From the NCBI GenBank assembly GCA_002189035.1, contig NEEC01000008.1, forward strand, positions 2,542,001 through 2,606,000: a DNA stretch of 64,000 nt, written 5' to 3'. The translations under genes were made by a program, and so were the position numbers. The notes below the pieces were generated by a model, which was not told the DNA's origin, searched no databases, and saw only the letters and a program-made list of their open reading frames with translations. Positions 24,734 to 36,862 of the stretch are shown in pieces (the first letter of the stretch is position 1; each line of letters begins with the position of its first letter). The stretch is from Utricularia gibba. Its lineage: Eukaryota; Plantae; Magnoliophyta.

Positions 24734-26010
24734 CCTTCTCTTTAGAGGTTTGTTGCTGCAGAGTTCACCATGTCTTTTTTCACGTACCCTTGAGTTCAGA
24801 ATTGTATTTCATTACTGATTCTGAGCAAAGACATGGGGTGCATAGGCAGATATGTAAAAATAGCAATTTTATTAAATTTGAATCGTTTTAAAATAGAAAA
24901 GATGAATCACAGTTGGTTTGAGCATAGTTCAATTACATTTTCATGAACTGTGATTCATTGTATGTGCTGCTACTCTCCCACTTGACATCACGGACCGGGA
25001 TCCACGTGATGTGGAGATGAAAACAGGCATCCGGCGTGGCTGGATGTGCGCCGCAGGATGGATGCGTTGATCAAGATCCAGGATGCAGACCAGCAAGCCA
25101 ATCTGATGGACGCAATAAATTGTAATAACACGTTATGGATGAACTTGGTCCGAAACAACTGGACTTCGACCCCCATCCTGCCGACTCCCCTCCCTTACTT
25201 TTCATTTATTATTTTGGAATAGCTACATTTTTCACAATAATAATACATTTTCATCCCAACATTATTTTACAAACAAGCTAAATATAGCCTATTTTCTTTC
25301 TGAAAACATATATAAACAGAAATTACCCGCGATACACAGTGCTTTGGATATTATACAATATTGTTCGATTTGAATATTTAATTTTTATGATTTTACTTTT
25401 TTTATTTCATAAGTATTTGGCATTATACTGTGGTCCTTATTGAAGACTTTGTTCCTATTCTAAGTTGATTATGATGTCAAATATTCTGACTAATATTCTT
25501 TATATATGATATTATCTATTTTAAGTACTCAATACTCGTTATTTTACGTTTTTTAATTTTGGAGAAAAAATATCACATGAGATTAATAGGATTATTGCAA
25601 TATCAGTATCTAATGTGGCATATCTAGAAGTTAAAGTTAAGGTTATATAATTTATCAAAAACTAAAATGAATTATAAATTTTAAATATTTTTGGAAATAA
25701 AATTGGTCCTAAGATAATAATTATTTGAAAGTAGGAAAGTGTAACACCTGACAACTGGCGGATTTTTGCTTTTGCTTTCCATCCACCGGCGGGGCGGGGG
25801 CGAGCGATTATGGCGGATGGATTCTCCCCCCCACCCCCACCCCTACGCCTCAATTTCAACGTAGCCTGTGACTAATCAACAAGTCACATGAGGGACTGTG
25901 GACCCCACGCCCCCCGCCTCGCTCTCACCAATTTATTATCATCTTTTTAAGCCAAGCACGAGATCTATATATAACACTAGCCCACGCACACCCACACCCA
26001 CACACCGGAG

Positions 26011-26459
26011 ATGGCAACGGGTGGCGCGTTCAGAACTTTCCTCGTGGCGCTTATTCTGACAGCCGTCGTGCTGGCCTTCGCGCCCGGCGCGGCGGAGGCT
26101 CAGGTGAGCTGCGGCACCGTCCTGTCCAAACTGGCGCCATGCATCTCCTACGCTTCCGACCCCAACATCCGCCAGCCGTCGGCGCAATGCTGCAGCGGCG
26201 TGAGAGATCTGAACGGGTTCTCGAGGACGCCCCTAATCCGTCGCGGCGTCTGCGCCTGCCTCAAAAACCTTGCTTCCCACTTCAACGGGGGAGCTGTTCG
26301 GAAGGCCGGAACCCTTCCCTACTTGTGCCGTGTTCCTGTTCCCTACGCCATCAGCCCTACCACCGACTGCGCCAGGTACCCTCCCGGCTGTACATCTATT
26401 TGGTTTATGTTGAAGTGGTTCCGGTTGACATGGCGGCATCACTTTGCAGGTTGGGTTAA
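26011..26459 (+). CDS. LTP: Type 1 non-specific lipid transfer protein. Exons 26011-26375, 26450-26459
   Basis: Signal peptide plus 8-Cys pattern C-X9-C-X15-CC-X19-CXC-X22-C-X13-C, PYAIS motif, and the typical intron just before the stop codon. Confidence 0.93.
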
Positions 26460-27071
26460 CCGGAGACGGCGGCGGCGCACGGTGGCCCACTTTCTTCAAT
26501 GTGTCTAGTTATGTGCGAATAAAAGGAGTGTGAACAGGCAGGGTGGGTATCTTTGAATTGGGGCACTTCTTTAGTCGATACATCCTTTGTATTGTGTTGG
26601 TGAACCGAGTTGCTGTACGTCCCATAGTAAAATATGGTATAATAAAATTTACCATAGATTATGTGTTACATTAGTCACATGTTATTAATTATTATTAAAA
26701 ATTGAAAAAATAGAATTTCGTTACAAATATGAGGCCCATCATACCATCCTTGAGTGGACATGTAAATGGGCCATCGACCCATGGAAGGCGGGTGTAGAAT
26801 GTCTTTTCCGGGCCCAAGCGGAGCCCTTTAATGAGAAAAATGGAAACCAAGGTGAGGGTATTTTTGTAATTTTAAGAAATCAAGTTATAAGGAGTTGTTT
26901 AATTTCATCCTAAATTATATTAATTACTTAATATGAATTATATATACTAAAATTCAAAAAAGTAATTTTTCATTCTCTTCAAAACCTTAATAAAATAAAG
27001 AAATAAATGATATTATAGTATTTTTCAAAAAAAAAAAAACAAGCAAAACTCATGGGTAATTGCAATTTCGT

Positions 27072-27395
27072 TTATTCAAAACCTTTTAAAGATCTGGCGA
27101 AGAGTTTCAGATGCGGCGGGGCACCTCCGCCGTCTTTCATCTTCGGTAGAAGCGGCCACAGCAACTTCTTGACCGCCTTCTGGAGTCCTGCGCCGCGGCG
27201 GCGCTTCTCCATGACCACCGCAGACAGGCTACGGGAGAGTATAGCGTTGTTGAGGTGCACCTCAAAGGAGCGGCGCTCGTACTGATCCAGCAAACTGCTC
27301 TCCTCGTCGCCGAATCTCTTCAAAGTAAACACCGCCATTTCTCCTACTCTTCTCTCCTCCATCTCCATGATCAGCTTCTCCAAATCCCCTGGCAT
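27072..27395 (-). CDS. Small uncharacterised plant protein (107 aa)
   Basis: ATG-initiated GC-rich ORF within AT-rich flanks. SLLDQYERRSFEVHLNNAILSRSLS and a basic KKLL..FARSL tail look like a small conserved plant family that I cannot name. Confidence 0.6.
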   Translation of the reverse strand: MPGDLEKLIMEMEERRVGEMAVFTLKRFGDEESSLLDQYERRSFEVHLNNAILSRSLSAVVMEKRRRGAGLQKAVKKLLWPLLPKMKDGGGAPPHLKLFARSLKGFE

Positions 27396-28688
27396 TTCCG
27401 CTTCCCGGCGCCACAGCCTGTTTCGAGCTTTCGCGAATGGTCTGAGTATTTCTGTTGTCTTCCTTTTATGACGCCTGGAGGCAACACGGAGGAAATATTT
27501 AATTCCTGCAATAATTTATTTCTATAAATGAATATTTATTTCCATACTCGTTATATTATCAAAATATGGGAAAAAAATGGACCTAAAAGATGAATCTTGT
27601 ATTCTCAATATGTTTCCATGCCATTTCAGAAATCCGTTCACAATCAGTTTTGTTATAAAACACGAATAATTTCAACTTCAAACACAAATAATAGAAATTC
27701 ATATGTATTTCTCGAAAAAACAATTGAAAATTTCTAATTTTCAAGTTTTTTAAAACATAAATTACTCGTATTTGATAGTATAGCAGTGTTTTGGAAAATT
27801 TTTGAAACCTATTTTTTCTTTTAATTTTGAAAAGCAGAAATAAAAAATAAAAAAAACAATTATTTACTTTTCCAAAAATAACTTTTATAGTTATAATTTT
27901 AAAAATATTTTTGATAAAATTAATTTTACAATTAAAAATGTTCTGAAACAAAATTATTTTTACTTCTGAAAAATAGAAACAGGTTTTAAAAATTTTCTAG
28001 AACACTTTTTAAAACTATTTGTGAACCATTTTTTCGTAAATAAGAGGCACAGATACCATTTCTATTTTATTTTATTTTATTTTTCTAATAAAGAGTCTTG
28101 ATTTTAGTTTTTTTCTCCCCATTCAACTCTATTTAATAAAACAATTTTAAATTGGATTCAAATAAAAGAAATAAATGTAAGCTTTGAATATTTGAAGTTG
28201 GAGGGGAGGACAGGGCAGGCCGTCGGCAATATTTGCAGTGTCGTGTAATAAATTAATACACAAATAAATGAATTCGGAAAGTAGAAATGTGATTGAAGGC
28301 TGTGGGGTGTAAAATTTACTACGAGGCTTTCGGTGCATATTAAATTTCAATTCAAATATTTTATTTTTAAAAATGTAAGGATTTTATTCTATTGAATATA
28401 AAATTGATGTAATTTTAAATTCATTATTTTTACGTAAAATAATTCTGTTTACTTGCTTATCATTTATCAACGGCAGCGGAGACAACATGTTGTTGGGCCG
28501 TCGGCCCGATGGTGACTCGCGTGGCTTGGAGCCCATTTAGGATTTGGTTCCTTTCTTCTGATGTGCCAACTTGAGGAAGTTCGAAACGTACTTCGTAGGT
28601 TGTTGCTTACAGCGATTGCCCGCTTTGTGCTTAGTCGTCTCCGCCGCTGCCCCGTAGCGGTTTTTTGGAACGATATTGGGTAATCGGA

Positions 28689-30475
28689 ATGATGTTCAAG
28701 TTGGCTTCGATGGGATATAGAAACCCTACTCTCAGCATTAGCGGGGTTGCTTCTTCCAAGCTGCCTGGGTTGGAGGGGTCAAACTCTTCCGTAGGAGCCG
28801 ATGCCGGGTGTAATCTTCCGATGCAGGGGTTTTCGAGGGCTTTTAGCCTTCAATTACGGCATAGGAACGTGCGCAGCCGCTCAGTCTTTTCTCGTGCTGC
28901 GTTCCCGATGATTCGGTTAGTTTTATTAACTGTAATGCGGGAAATGCCAATTCGTTGTCGCATTTTTGGGCCATAATGCTTCTTTTTTTGTTTCGAATTG
29001 TTTATTTTAAATTTTAACACGAAGATTCGGATGTTGTGTTGAAGGAGAGGAAGGTGGATGTGGATAATGAAGCTCAAGGATCAGAAGAAGCTTGGGCGCA
29101 GGCTCTCGCGAATTTTAAGTATCAGACCTTGAAAATGCAGGCTGTGTCAAGGGAAGCTTATGATGTGTATTCCAAGAAAGCTCTCGTCATTTTGAAGGAT
29201 GCTGCTGAAAATTTTAAGACACAAGCTGAAAGGGCAAGGAATGATTTGAGTGTTGCTGCAAAGGATATTGCTGAAGAGAGTAAAGGATACTTCGATTCAG
29301 CTGCAGAGAACTACCCTGAACCACTAAAAGAAATTATTGAAGCATTTACGTCTTCAAGGGCCGAGTTTTCAAATGTTTCTGAAGTCCGGGACTTCTATGT
29401 TGGAATACCTTATGGTTCGCATTTCAACTTTTTAGTTTATTGGGTATGTTTGTTGATGACTTACACTGAACTCATTGGCTTTGGTTTTCCAGGCGCTTTT
29501 CTCTCTGTGGTAGGCTTTCTTTCGTTTATGCTCACTGGAAGCCTCAGTGCCATCAGATTCGGAGTTATACTTGGTGGTACTATTTTAGCGTTGAGCATCT
29601 TGAGCTTCAGAGCATGGAAAGTTGGGAAACAATCATTCTCAGCTTTAGTTGGTCAGACAGGTTTGTACATTACAACGATGATTTTACTGTTATAATTGAA
29701 GGTGTTGGTGATCAAGAAATTAATTGTCTAATTTAGGCGCTTGTCATGTTCAGTAAAGCATACTGTGTTTTTGCTTTAGCTTAAGGAATATACAGCTATG
29801 CCTTGTTCACCTGAAGCTTGTCCATATTCCTTTTCCTTCGCCCAAGCTATATTTAAAGCATAAAATAACGTGTGACAGAATGCTGTTTATCAATAGAAAA
29901 CATGCATCTTGATACTATAAAAATCTAAGCATGTCACTCAGCAAGATCATTGGTTTGCTGTTGTAGTGGCTGTTGATAATACATTTGGTAGTGTTACATT
30001 TTTGTTCATCTTCAAGTCATATTTGTGAAATACTTGTAAAATTGTGCTGATGACCATTTAATATTGTCACATGCATAATTAGTGTGTCTCATATATTTTC
30101 TACTGCCTCCAGTTATTTCCACCATCCTATTTCTGAGAGAGCTGCAGTTGAGGTCTGCGGTAAGATTTCCATACTATATCCATGGTTGAGAAAAGCACCC
30201 GGGAAATCATTTTCATCTGACGTTTCTTGTTTCTATTCTTTGCAGAGACCTTTTGCCGTGAAGGCCATTGCACCCTTCATCAGGTTCAAACCTGTGTTAC
30301 ATCTTCTGCATTTTCCTTCATCTCCTCCCTCCACAATCTCAAAAATCAGACTCATTTTGCAAAGCATCACCGGTACATGAACTTAATCCATATGCCTTTA
30401 CCATGCAGTGGCGCAGTGGTTGCATTCTATGTTTACAGGATCATCCTAGATAGGCAGACACCTCGAACGAGTTGA
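28689..30475 (+). CDS. FAX3: Fatty acid export protein FAX3-like (TMEM14, plastid). First intron ambiguous; later exons ~29025-29414, 29493-29660, 30113-30159, 30246-30283, 30409-30475
   Basis: Transit peptide, helical region (EAWAQALANFK..MQAVSREAY..YSKKA), DFYVGIPYG, FMLTGSLSAIRFGVILGG, ILFLREL and SGAVVAFYVYR. Confidence 0.8.
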
Positions 30476-31323
30476 ACCTCTACAGTAAGTGCGCATTTCA
30501 AACCTCTCTCTGCTGCATAAATTCTCACTTCCAGCTCCCTTGCCGTGTATTCCAGGGGTAGAGTGCTGTCATGGAAACACCTGCTGCTGGACTGAAAACC
30601 AAGTTTCTTGTGAATCCGAGTATGGGTGTTTTAGGGAGATTGCTTCTTCATTAATTTCATGTACTCCGATAAACAAACAAAAGAGTGAGGGCAAGAAAAT
30701 TCAGAATAAGTAATGGGAAAAATGACCACTATTTAGATATGAAAAAACAAAACTATAGAAAGGAAAAAATGCTTACTTAAATATAAAGATTAATTATGAG
30801 GTTAGGTTTGATTCGATTTTTTTTTTGAAAACTTTTTAAAGTTAGAAATACTAAATTTATGATTATAATTAATTTAATATTATTCTAACAATTATATTTC
30901 ATATTATATTTAACATTATTTTAACAATTATATTTCATATTTAGTCCAAAAAATGAAATTTAAAAAATTGGTAGAGATCGGACATGAAGCTATTCCAAGA
31001 CCTAAATAAATTAAGGATAATTTACGAATAATTTAATGAATAATATATTAAAACGATTTATATTTAGATAGACGCAAATAATATTATTAAAAATAAAAAT
31101 ATATTTAATATATATTTAAAAGAATATTGCGGTTGTCTTTTAAAAAAATTCAAATATTAGGAAAAATTAAAATGGAAAAACAAATTTGAAATGATCATAT
31201 ACTTATTTTATAAATTATACGTATGTTAAGGAATATATTTTTGAAACAAATGCATTTATCAACTGGTTTAAAAACATTATCAGCGCTATCTTAGAAGTTG
31301 AAATCGCTACCACTCACTTTCAA

Positions 31324-31947
31324 CTACAAACTGTTCGTGTAGCGGCATTGCTGGTCGGAAATCGCCCGATTCCCGACGAGGATCTTGAAATCACACGTAG
31401 ATGTGGTGAACACGGGAATGACGAACGCAATCCTAACCGTTCCCCTCAATGGAAGGTACGTTTCCATCGGTATCGCTCCGTCGAGAAGATCAGAGTACAA
31501 ACTCGAATCTGAAATCAACCGATCTGCCATCAATGTAAGTGTCAGATTCATCGTCTCCGTGCTGCGGGCGCCGATGCTACCGGCGGGGATCGGTACTAAT
31601 CCGACTTCTCTTCCTCTGTACCGGAGGACGACGGCGCTGTCCGCGTAACTGAACCCTACGCGATTCGGATTGTAGACGGAGATCCCCGTCGCGATCGAGA
31701 GATTTAAGTTGAAATTGGGAGGGATGAAATGGAAACCAACGTTGAGACTCCGCAGTGCGACGGAGTTGACGATGGTGACAGGGTACCGGGCCTTAAATAC
31801 GGTTAGCGCTAGAATGAGTATCAGAAGGACAACAGCAGCGACGGCGACAATCGTCCAGAGACAGATCCACCGGTGCAGGGGCTTTCGGCGGCTGTCAGCG
31901 CCGGCTCCAGTTTCCTCAACCTGAAGCTTCTTGAACTCGGTCTCCAT
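31324..31947 (-). CDS. LEA_2 / NDR1-HIN1-like single-pass membrane protein
   Basis: Single exon with an N-terminal TM helix (LILALTVFKARYP), SVYNPNRVGFSY, YRGREVG and a C-terminal Cys pair (STCD...QQCRY). Confidence 0.85.
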   Translation of the reverse strand: METEFKKLQVEETGAGADSRRKPLHRWICLWTIVAVAAVVLLILILALTVFKARYPVTIVNSVALRSLNVGFHFIPPNFNLNLSIATGISVYNPNRVGFSYADSAVVLRYRGREVGLVPIPAGSIGARSTETMNLTLTLMADRLISDSSLYSDLLDGAIPMETYLPLRGTVRIAFVIPVFTTSTCDFKILVGNRAISDQQCRYTNSL

Positions 31948-33037
31948 TGGGAGAAATGGTGCGGCAGGGCACGCCTGAGTCGGTAGGCATTTATGGGGCT
32001 ACAAATGCTACCGACAACGGAGAAGGTTAGGGTTATTTTTTGACCATTTGCTCTTTCATTAATTGAGACCGCCACCCGTCTCCCTCCCCTCCTCCTCTCA
32101 CCTTTTATTTTTATATTTTAATAATATATATATATATATATATTATTTTACTGATGATTTATGGTGTTAATATTACTATTTATTCAGTATATTGGAATTT
32201 CAAAACTTAGGTAGTTACTTTGATGAAAAATGATTAATTCGATGTTTTGGTATCAATTTTACATTTTGATGTATATTTGATAATGACTCCAATGAATTAT
32301 CTTTAAGTGGCATGTGATAAATGTGGGTGTACGGATTATTAGAAAAAAGGTGGTCAAAACAGGGATATGCATGTGGGCCCACCCTTCTCATCTCTTTCTT
32401 TTATATTTATTACTAATAAAAGCAAAAGATGCATTTATTTGTTGTTATAAATATATTTCTTAATTGTCTTTCATGTTATGACGCAAATAAATGTGTACGC
32501 ATATATGTTGAATATTATAATTACGGTGATTAAGATGTTTAGGGTTTCTTAATTGCCCATCTTTTTTTTTAGAGTTCTATGTTTAACTGTTGTTCCAACG
32601 GCTTATTAGTCTGTTTGTTTGGCTCCTGGTAACACAGCTGAGTTTCTGCACATTGAAGAAGGTGCTGATGTATGATCTTCAGCTGAGAGGATTTCTGCTT
32701 CATAAATCTCAGGTTTGGGCTACACAAAACCCTTCAACTTCTTGATGATCATCTTCTTAATTGAATTTATGATTCTGAAATATTGTCAAAGAATCATAAA
32801 AATATAATTTTAAAAGTGTAATTTAGTTGATTATGTATTTATTTATGTACTAAATGAAGGCACTATTTACAAATCAAGGAACGAATGGGACGAGAGTATG
32901 ACCGATGGATCAAATATGAATAAATAGGAGATGAATACCTTGGACTTGGTATAGGACACGCATCGAGCTCCATTTGTTTTAGTGTACATATCTTTGGAAG
33001 AAATGAAAGAGGAAGAGGAGCCTCACAGCTCCTAGTC

Positions 33038-35929
33038 CTAAGAGGAGCCAGTCCACAGCCGGGGATCATCTCGGTGCTTCAGATATTGATGGCGTTCCAG
33101 AGCCTTCTCTGTGATTCGCCTGTCTTCATGGATCTTTGCAATCAAGCTTTCAAGGGATGGGAAGTTGGCCTGCATCAGTTGAAGCAAGCTCACCATTTTT
33201 AGAACTCACTAATGATGAACATGAAACCAAACCAGCCCCGCAAGTAACTATGCAAAAACACAGACAAATAGATGTATTTGTGCATTGCATAGGTATTCCA
33301 TGGAATGATCTTGTTGAAAAAAGGTTGGAAAACGAAGTGTCCTTTCAGTGGTAGGGTCTATCTACCTCTGGCCTTATATACCCAACAATGACGAGATGTA
33401 GATCCTCCCCATAGAAATCCTCGTTGAAATCATGGAGCAACCATGGCTCCTGGTCAAGATTTTAAGAGTAAACTTAGGGGCAGTGATTCAAGAAAAGCAC
33501 GGCAGGTAAAAGGTAAATAGGCATGAGCATGGCTCACGATGGTCTTCACTGAGTTGTTGAAGTAAGGATTCCAACCTACGCTCATCACCATCTTATAGAC
33601 CCCACGTGTTGATAATCGTGCCCATCCGAAGTAGACCCCGGATGGGTGTTCCGAGAGGATTTCTGAATAGTCATCAGTCGATAAATTAGCTGGAAGAGGA
33701 GAAAACGGAAGAGCCATTAGATAACCAGTCATGATCAGCAAATGGAAACAGAAGGAATGGATTTAGCCAAGCTTCAATACGTTCCAACTTAGGATTCAGG
33801 TCTACAATTTTGGATTGAATTTATCAGTTAAGGAATCAAAAAGTTTACCAGACAAACAAAGATCAGCACAAAAATTATGCGGAATTGAATGGAAAAGTTG
33901 AATAACTAATGAATAATGTCATGATGTGCATTGAAACACCAACATTGTGGTTCTATTATCAGAGGTTACTAAAAGGGGAGAACCTGTCGGAATTCCAAGA
34001 ACCTTTGAGCCACGGCCAAAGCCTTTGATGACCGGACCACCCAAATACCAAGGTTCTATTGGTAATGTACCCTCTATCCCTGCATCAACAGTGAAGTAGT
34101 AAGTTAACAGTTTACACCAGGCTTGTTTTGTGATACGCAATTGAACAGCGATACTATAAGGGATTTTGTATATTCCATGAATCCATAAAGGTAAAGTTTT
34201 TGAGAAGAGTAGCACTAATAACAAGGTAAGTTAAAGAAACTAACAATCTTCGAATTCAGGTAGACCCCATTTTCCAAGATGCAGATCTAGTAGGGAGTTA
34301 ATAACTTCATCAGCATCTGAGAAAAGATGAGACTGTTTGGGAAAGGATGGCACAGCAACCACTTCCATTCCAGCTGCCTTACCAGCTGCCACACCTGTCC
34401 TAGCATGCATTAAGCAATCCTCGTATCAGAGAACACATGAATGAGATCACGGATAGTTTGGCTAATATCAAAATCCTTCATGATAAATCTGAAAGGAAGA
34501 AAAATGAACGCGAATAACAAGTCAATATGATACCCACGTTGAATCTTCAACTACAAGGCAGCTTGAAGGATCCATATTTAGCATTTTGGCAGCTTCAAGG
34601 TATCTCCAGAGAAGAAAAAGCCAAAATAAGTGAGAGCAGAAAAACACCGACCACAACAATTTAAACTCGATTTTGTATCACATTTATAAAATTATATGCA
34701 ATGGACGACTTACATTTCTGGACATGGCTTTGGATTGGCGACTTCATCTCCACCAATGATAACCGAGAATGACTCTTTCCACCCTAAATATTAATGCTGA
34801 AGTAAAATTTTGAAAGGAATACAACCATGATGGGATAAGAAACATGCGGATATGGTGTGACTTTATTCCCTACATCATACATTCAGTGTATAATTACCTT
34901 GTTGAAAAAATATCTTGGTCAAGATATTTTCTTTTGAGGAATTTGAAACCAGTCCCATCGGGATATGGTGATTCCTCAGGTGGTTAATTAACCTAGTAGC
35001 ACCAGGTTTTGCTTTGATTTTGCACCATCTAACGTGGAAAGTAAAAAAATAAAAATCAGTAGGATAAAAGGAAATGTGATACCAACATTGAACCCAAGGA
35101 GACAACTCAGAAAGCAACCCTATATCTTGAAATGATCGCATAACCAAAAAGCTAGTAGAGGTAATTTGAAGGATCTTGTCAGAACCTTATTTGCTTTTGT
35201 TTGTGTGTGTCAAAGTTGATAAAACTTTTTTCTCATGAATAAGCTGATTTAGATATCAATGTGATCGATCAGTAGCGAGCTAATACAACAATAAATTTAA
35301 TGAAAAGCATATAATAGAGTGGTAGTATGCAATATGTTACCTTTCGGAGAAAAGCGGCTTTACTTCGGTCAAAAGCTCATGCACAGATGTTGGGAGTCCA
35401 TAGTCTTCCACAACCGCAACAGCTGCTTCATATGGTGTCTTTCCTGCAGTTCTTTGGCTGTTTTGTATATCCCACTTCTTCCCAAACTTGGACAAGTAAA
35501 CTCTCAGAACATCACCGACAATCGAATCTGTCATGCATACAACATCAACAAAAAAAAAAAAAAAGAATCTATATAAAACACACTACACAAATAAGTATCC
35601 ATATTATAAACTGATCAAATCTGTATACCCATGAGAGACCCGGTTGTACAAATTCATGCCTGGAAACATCAGAAATAAAAAGAGAGCATGAAACCAAAAA
35701 CATATATAAATAGAACATGTTATCCGATGAAGTTTTGGGTTTGTCCCATATTCAACACCAGATGTCCACATATGAACAAATTCGAGGAAGCGCAAGCCCA
35801 TAACTTCGGTTAAGCATTGCAGCAAAGAGGAGAAATTAGATAGTAACGAGGGAACCCCATCACACCTGTATTAAGAAGCGTTCCATCCAAATCAAGGAGA
35901 ACACATGAGACTGGAATGCTGCCGGCCAT
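33038..35929 (-). CDS. FHY: Bifunctional riboflavin kinase / FMN phosphatase (FHY/RFK), 10 exons
   Basis: HAD motif LDLDGTLLNT, PKPCPE, CLVVEDS, GKAAGMEV, GPVIKGFGRGSKVLGIPTAN, MVMSVGWNPYF, EPWLLHDFNEDFYG and ANFPSLESLIAKIHED. Confidence 0.95.
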
Positions 35930-36236
35930 TTCCACTTAATCACAAAGCGATACCAAATCTCCGCAACTCCAACGACACAGACGCTCGTGCGCGGAGATGA
36001 GGAAGCAAAAACAGTTGTGATTGGGCTCCAACCCCCCACGTTTTGACTATTTTCTCATTGATTTGCAAATTTCCAATCCTACCCCTTTGTTGAATTTTGG
36101 CGTCTCAAAAATCTTTTGATCAAATTTTTATCCAATTTTTTTCATGAATATTTGACTAATTCATTAATCATTAATCAACAATATTAATTTTCTCAATTAA
36201 TCAGTAATTGATTTTATTGGTTTCAATTTGTGCCCC

Positions 36237-36326
36237 GAATCAAGTTTTCGGAATCGAATTATGTTCGAATCAAGTTTTCGGAATCGAATTATCTTCGAAT
36301 CAAGTTTTCGGAATCGAATTATGTTC
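36237..36326. repeat. 30-bp minisatellite, 3 copies
   Basis: Unit GAATCAAGTTTTCGGAATCGAATTATGTTC at 36237, 36267 (one G>C) and 36297. Confidence 0.95.
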
Positions 36327-36862
36327 GACTAGATTTGAAGAAGTAACATGTAATAAAATTGAAATGGTTGTTTCACTTAATTTGTACATGCCTTGTATTA
36401 GATTAGTGTGCCTAGGCATGGACTTGGATAGCACCCCAAATTCACTCGGATTCGGGTGGCAGTTATTGAAGGCAATAGAGGAGCAGAAAAATTCCGTTCT
36501 ATTTTTGGAAACGCCACCACCCTCAAAAATAAATATCTGGTTTCTGATATTTCTGAATTTTATTTCTTTTTTTTGTGGGGAGAAAATAAAAATTAAAAAA
36601 TTAGTATTTTTTAAAAATATAATTTGAAAAAATAGACCATATTAGATATTTACGTCGTACGGTCGACGGTGGGGGATAGCACCGGACACGTAGGCAGGTG
36701 GAGCACGCAATGGCAAGAAAAAGAGGAAGCGTGAAGATGAGGTTTTACGCTAACGTGTGGTCTACTCACTCCTTTCCTACATCTGTTGGATATACGCTGC
36801 CGGCCGGCTTTCTGCCTCCGCCTTCCCCGGGATTGCAGTTGCTCTGGGGTTCCTTTCTCGTG

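Noticed and set aside
27583-27951. 122-aa K/F/I-rich ORF
   Set aside because: Low-complexity translation of AT-rich intergenic DNA.
36208-36627. 139-aa ORF with NQVFGIELC repeats
   Set aside because: It has a non-ATG start and results from the 30-bp minisatellite plus AT-rich sequence.
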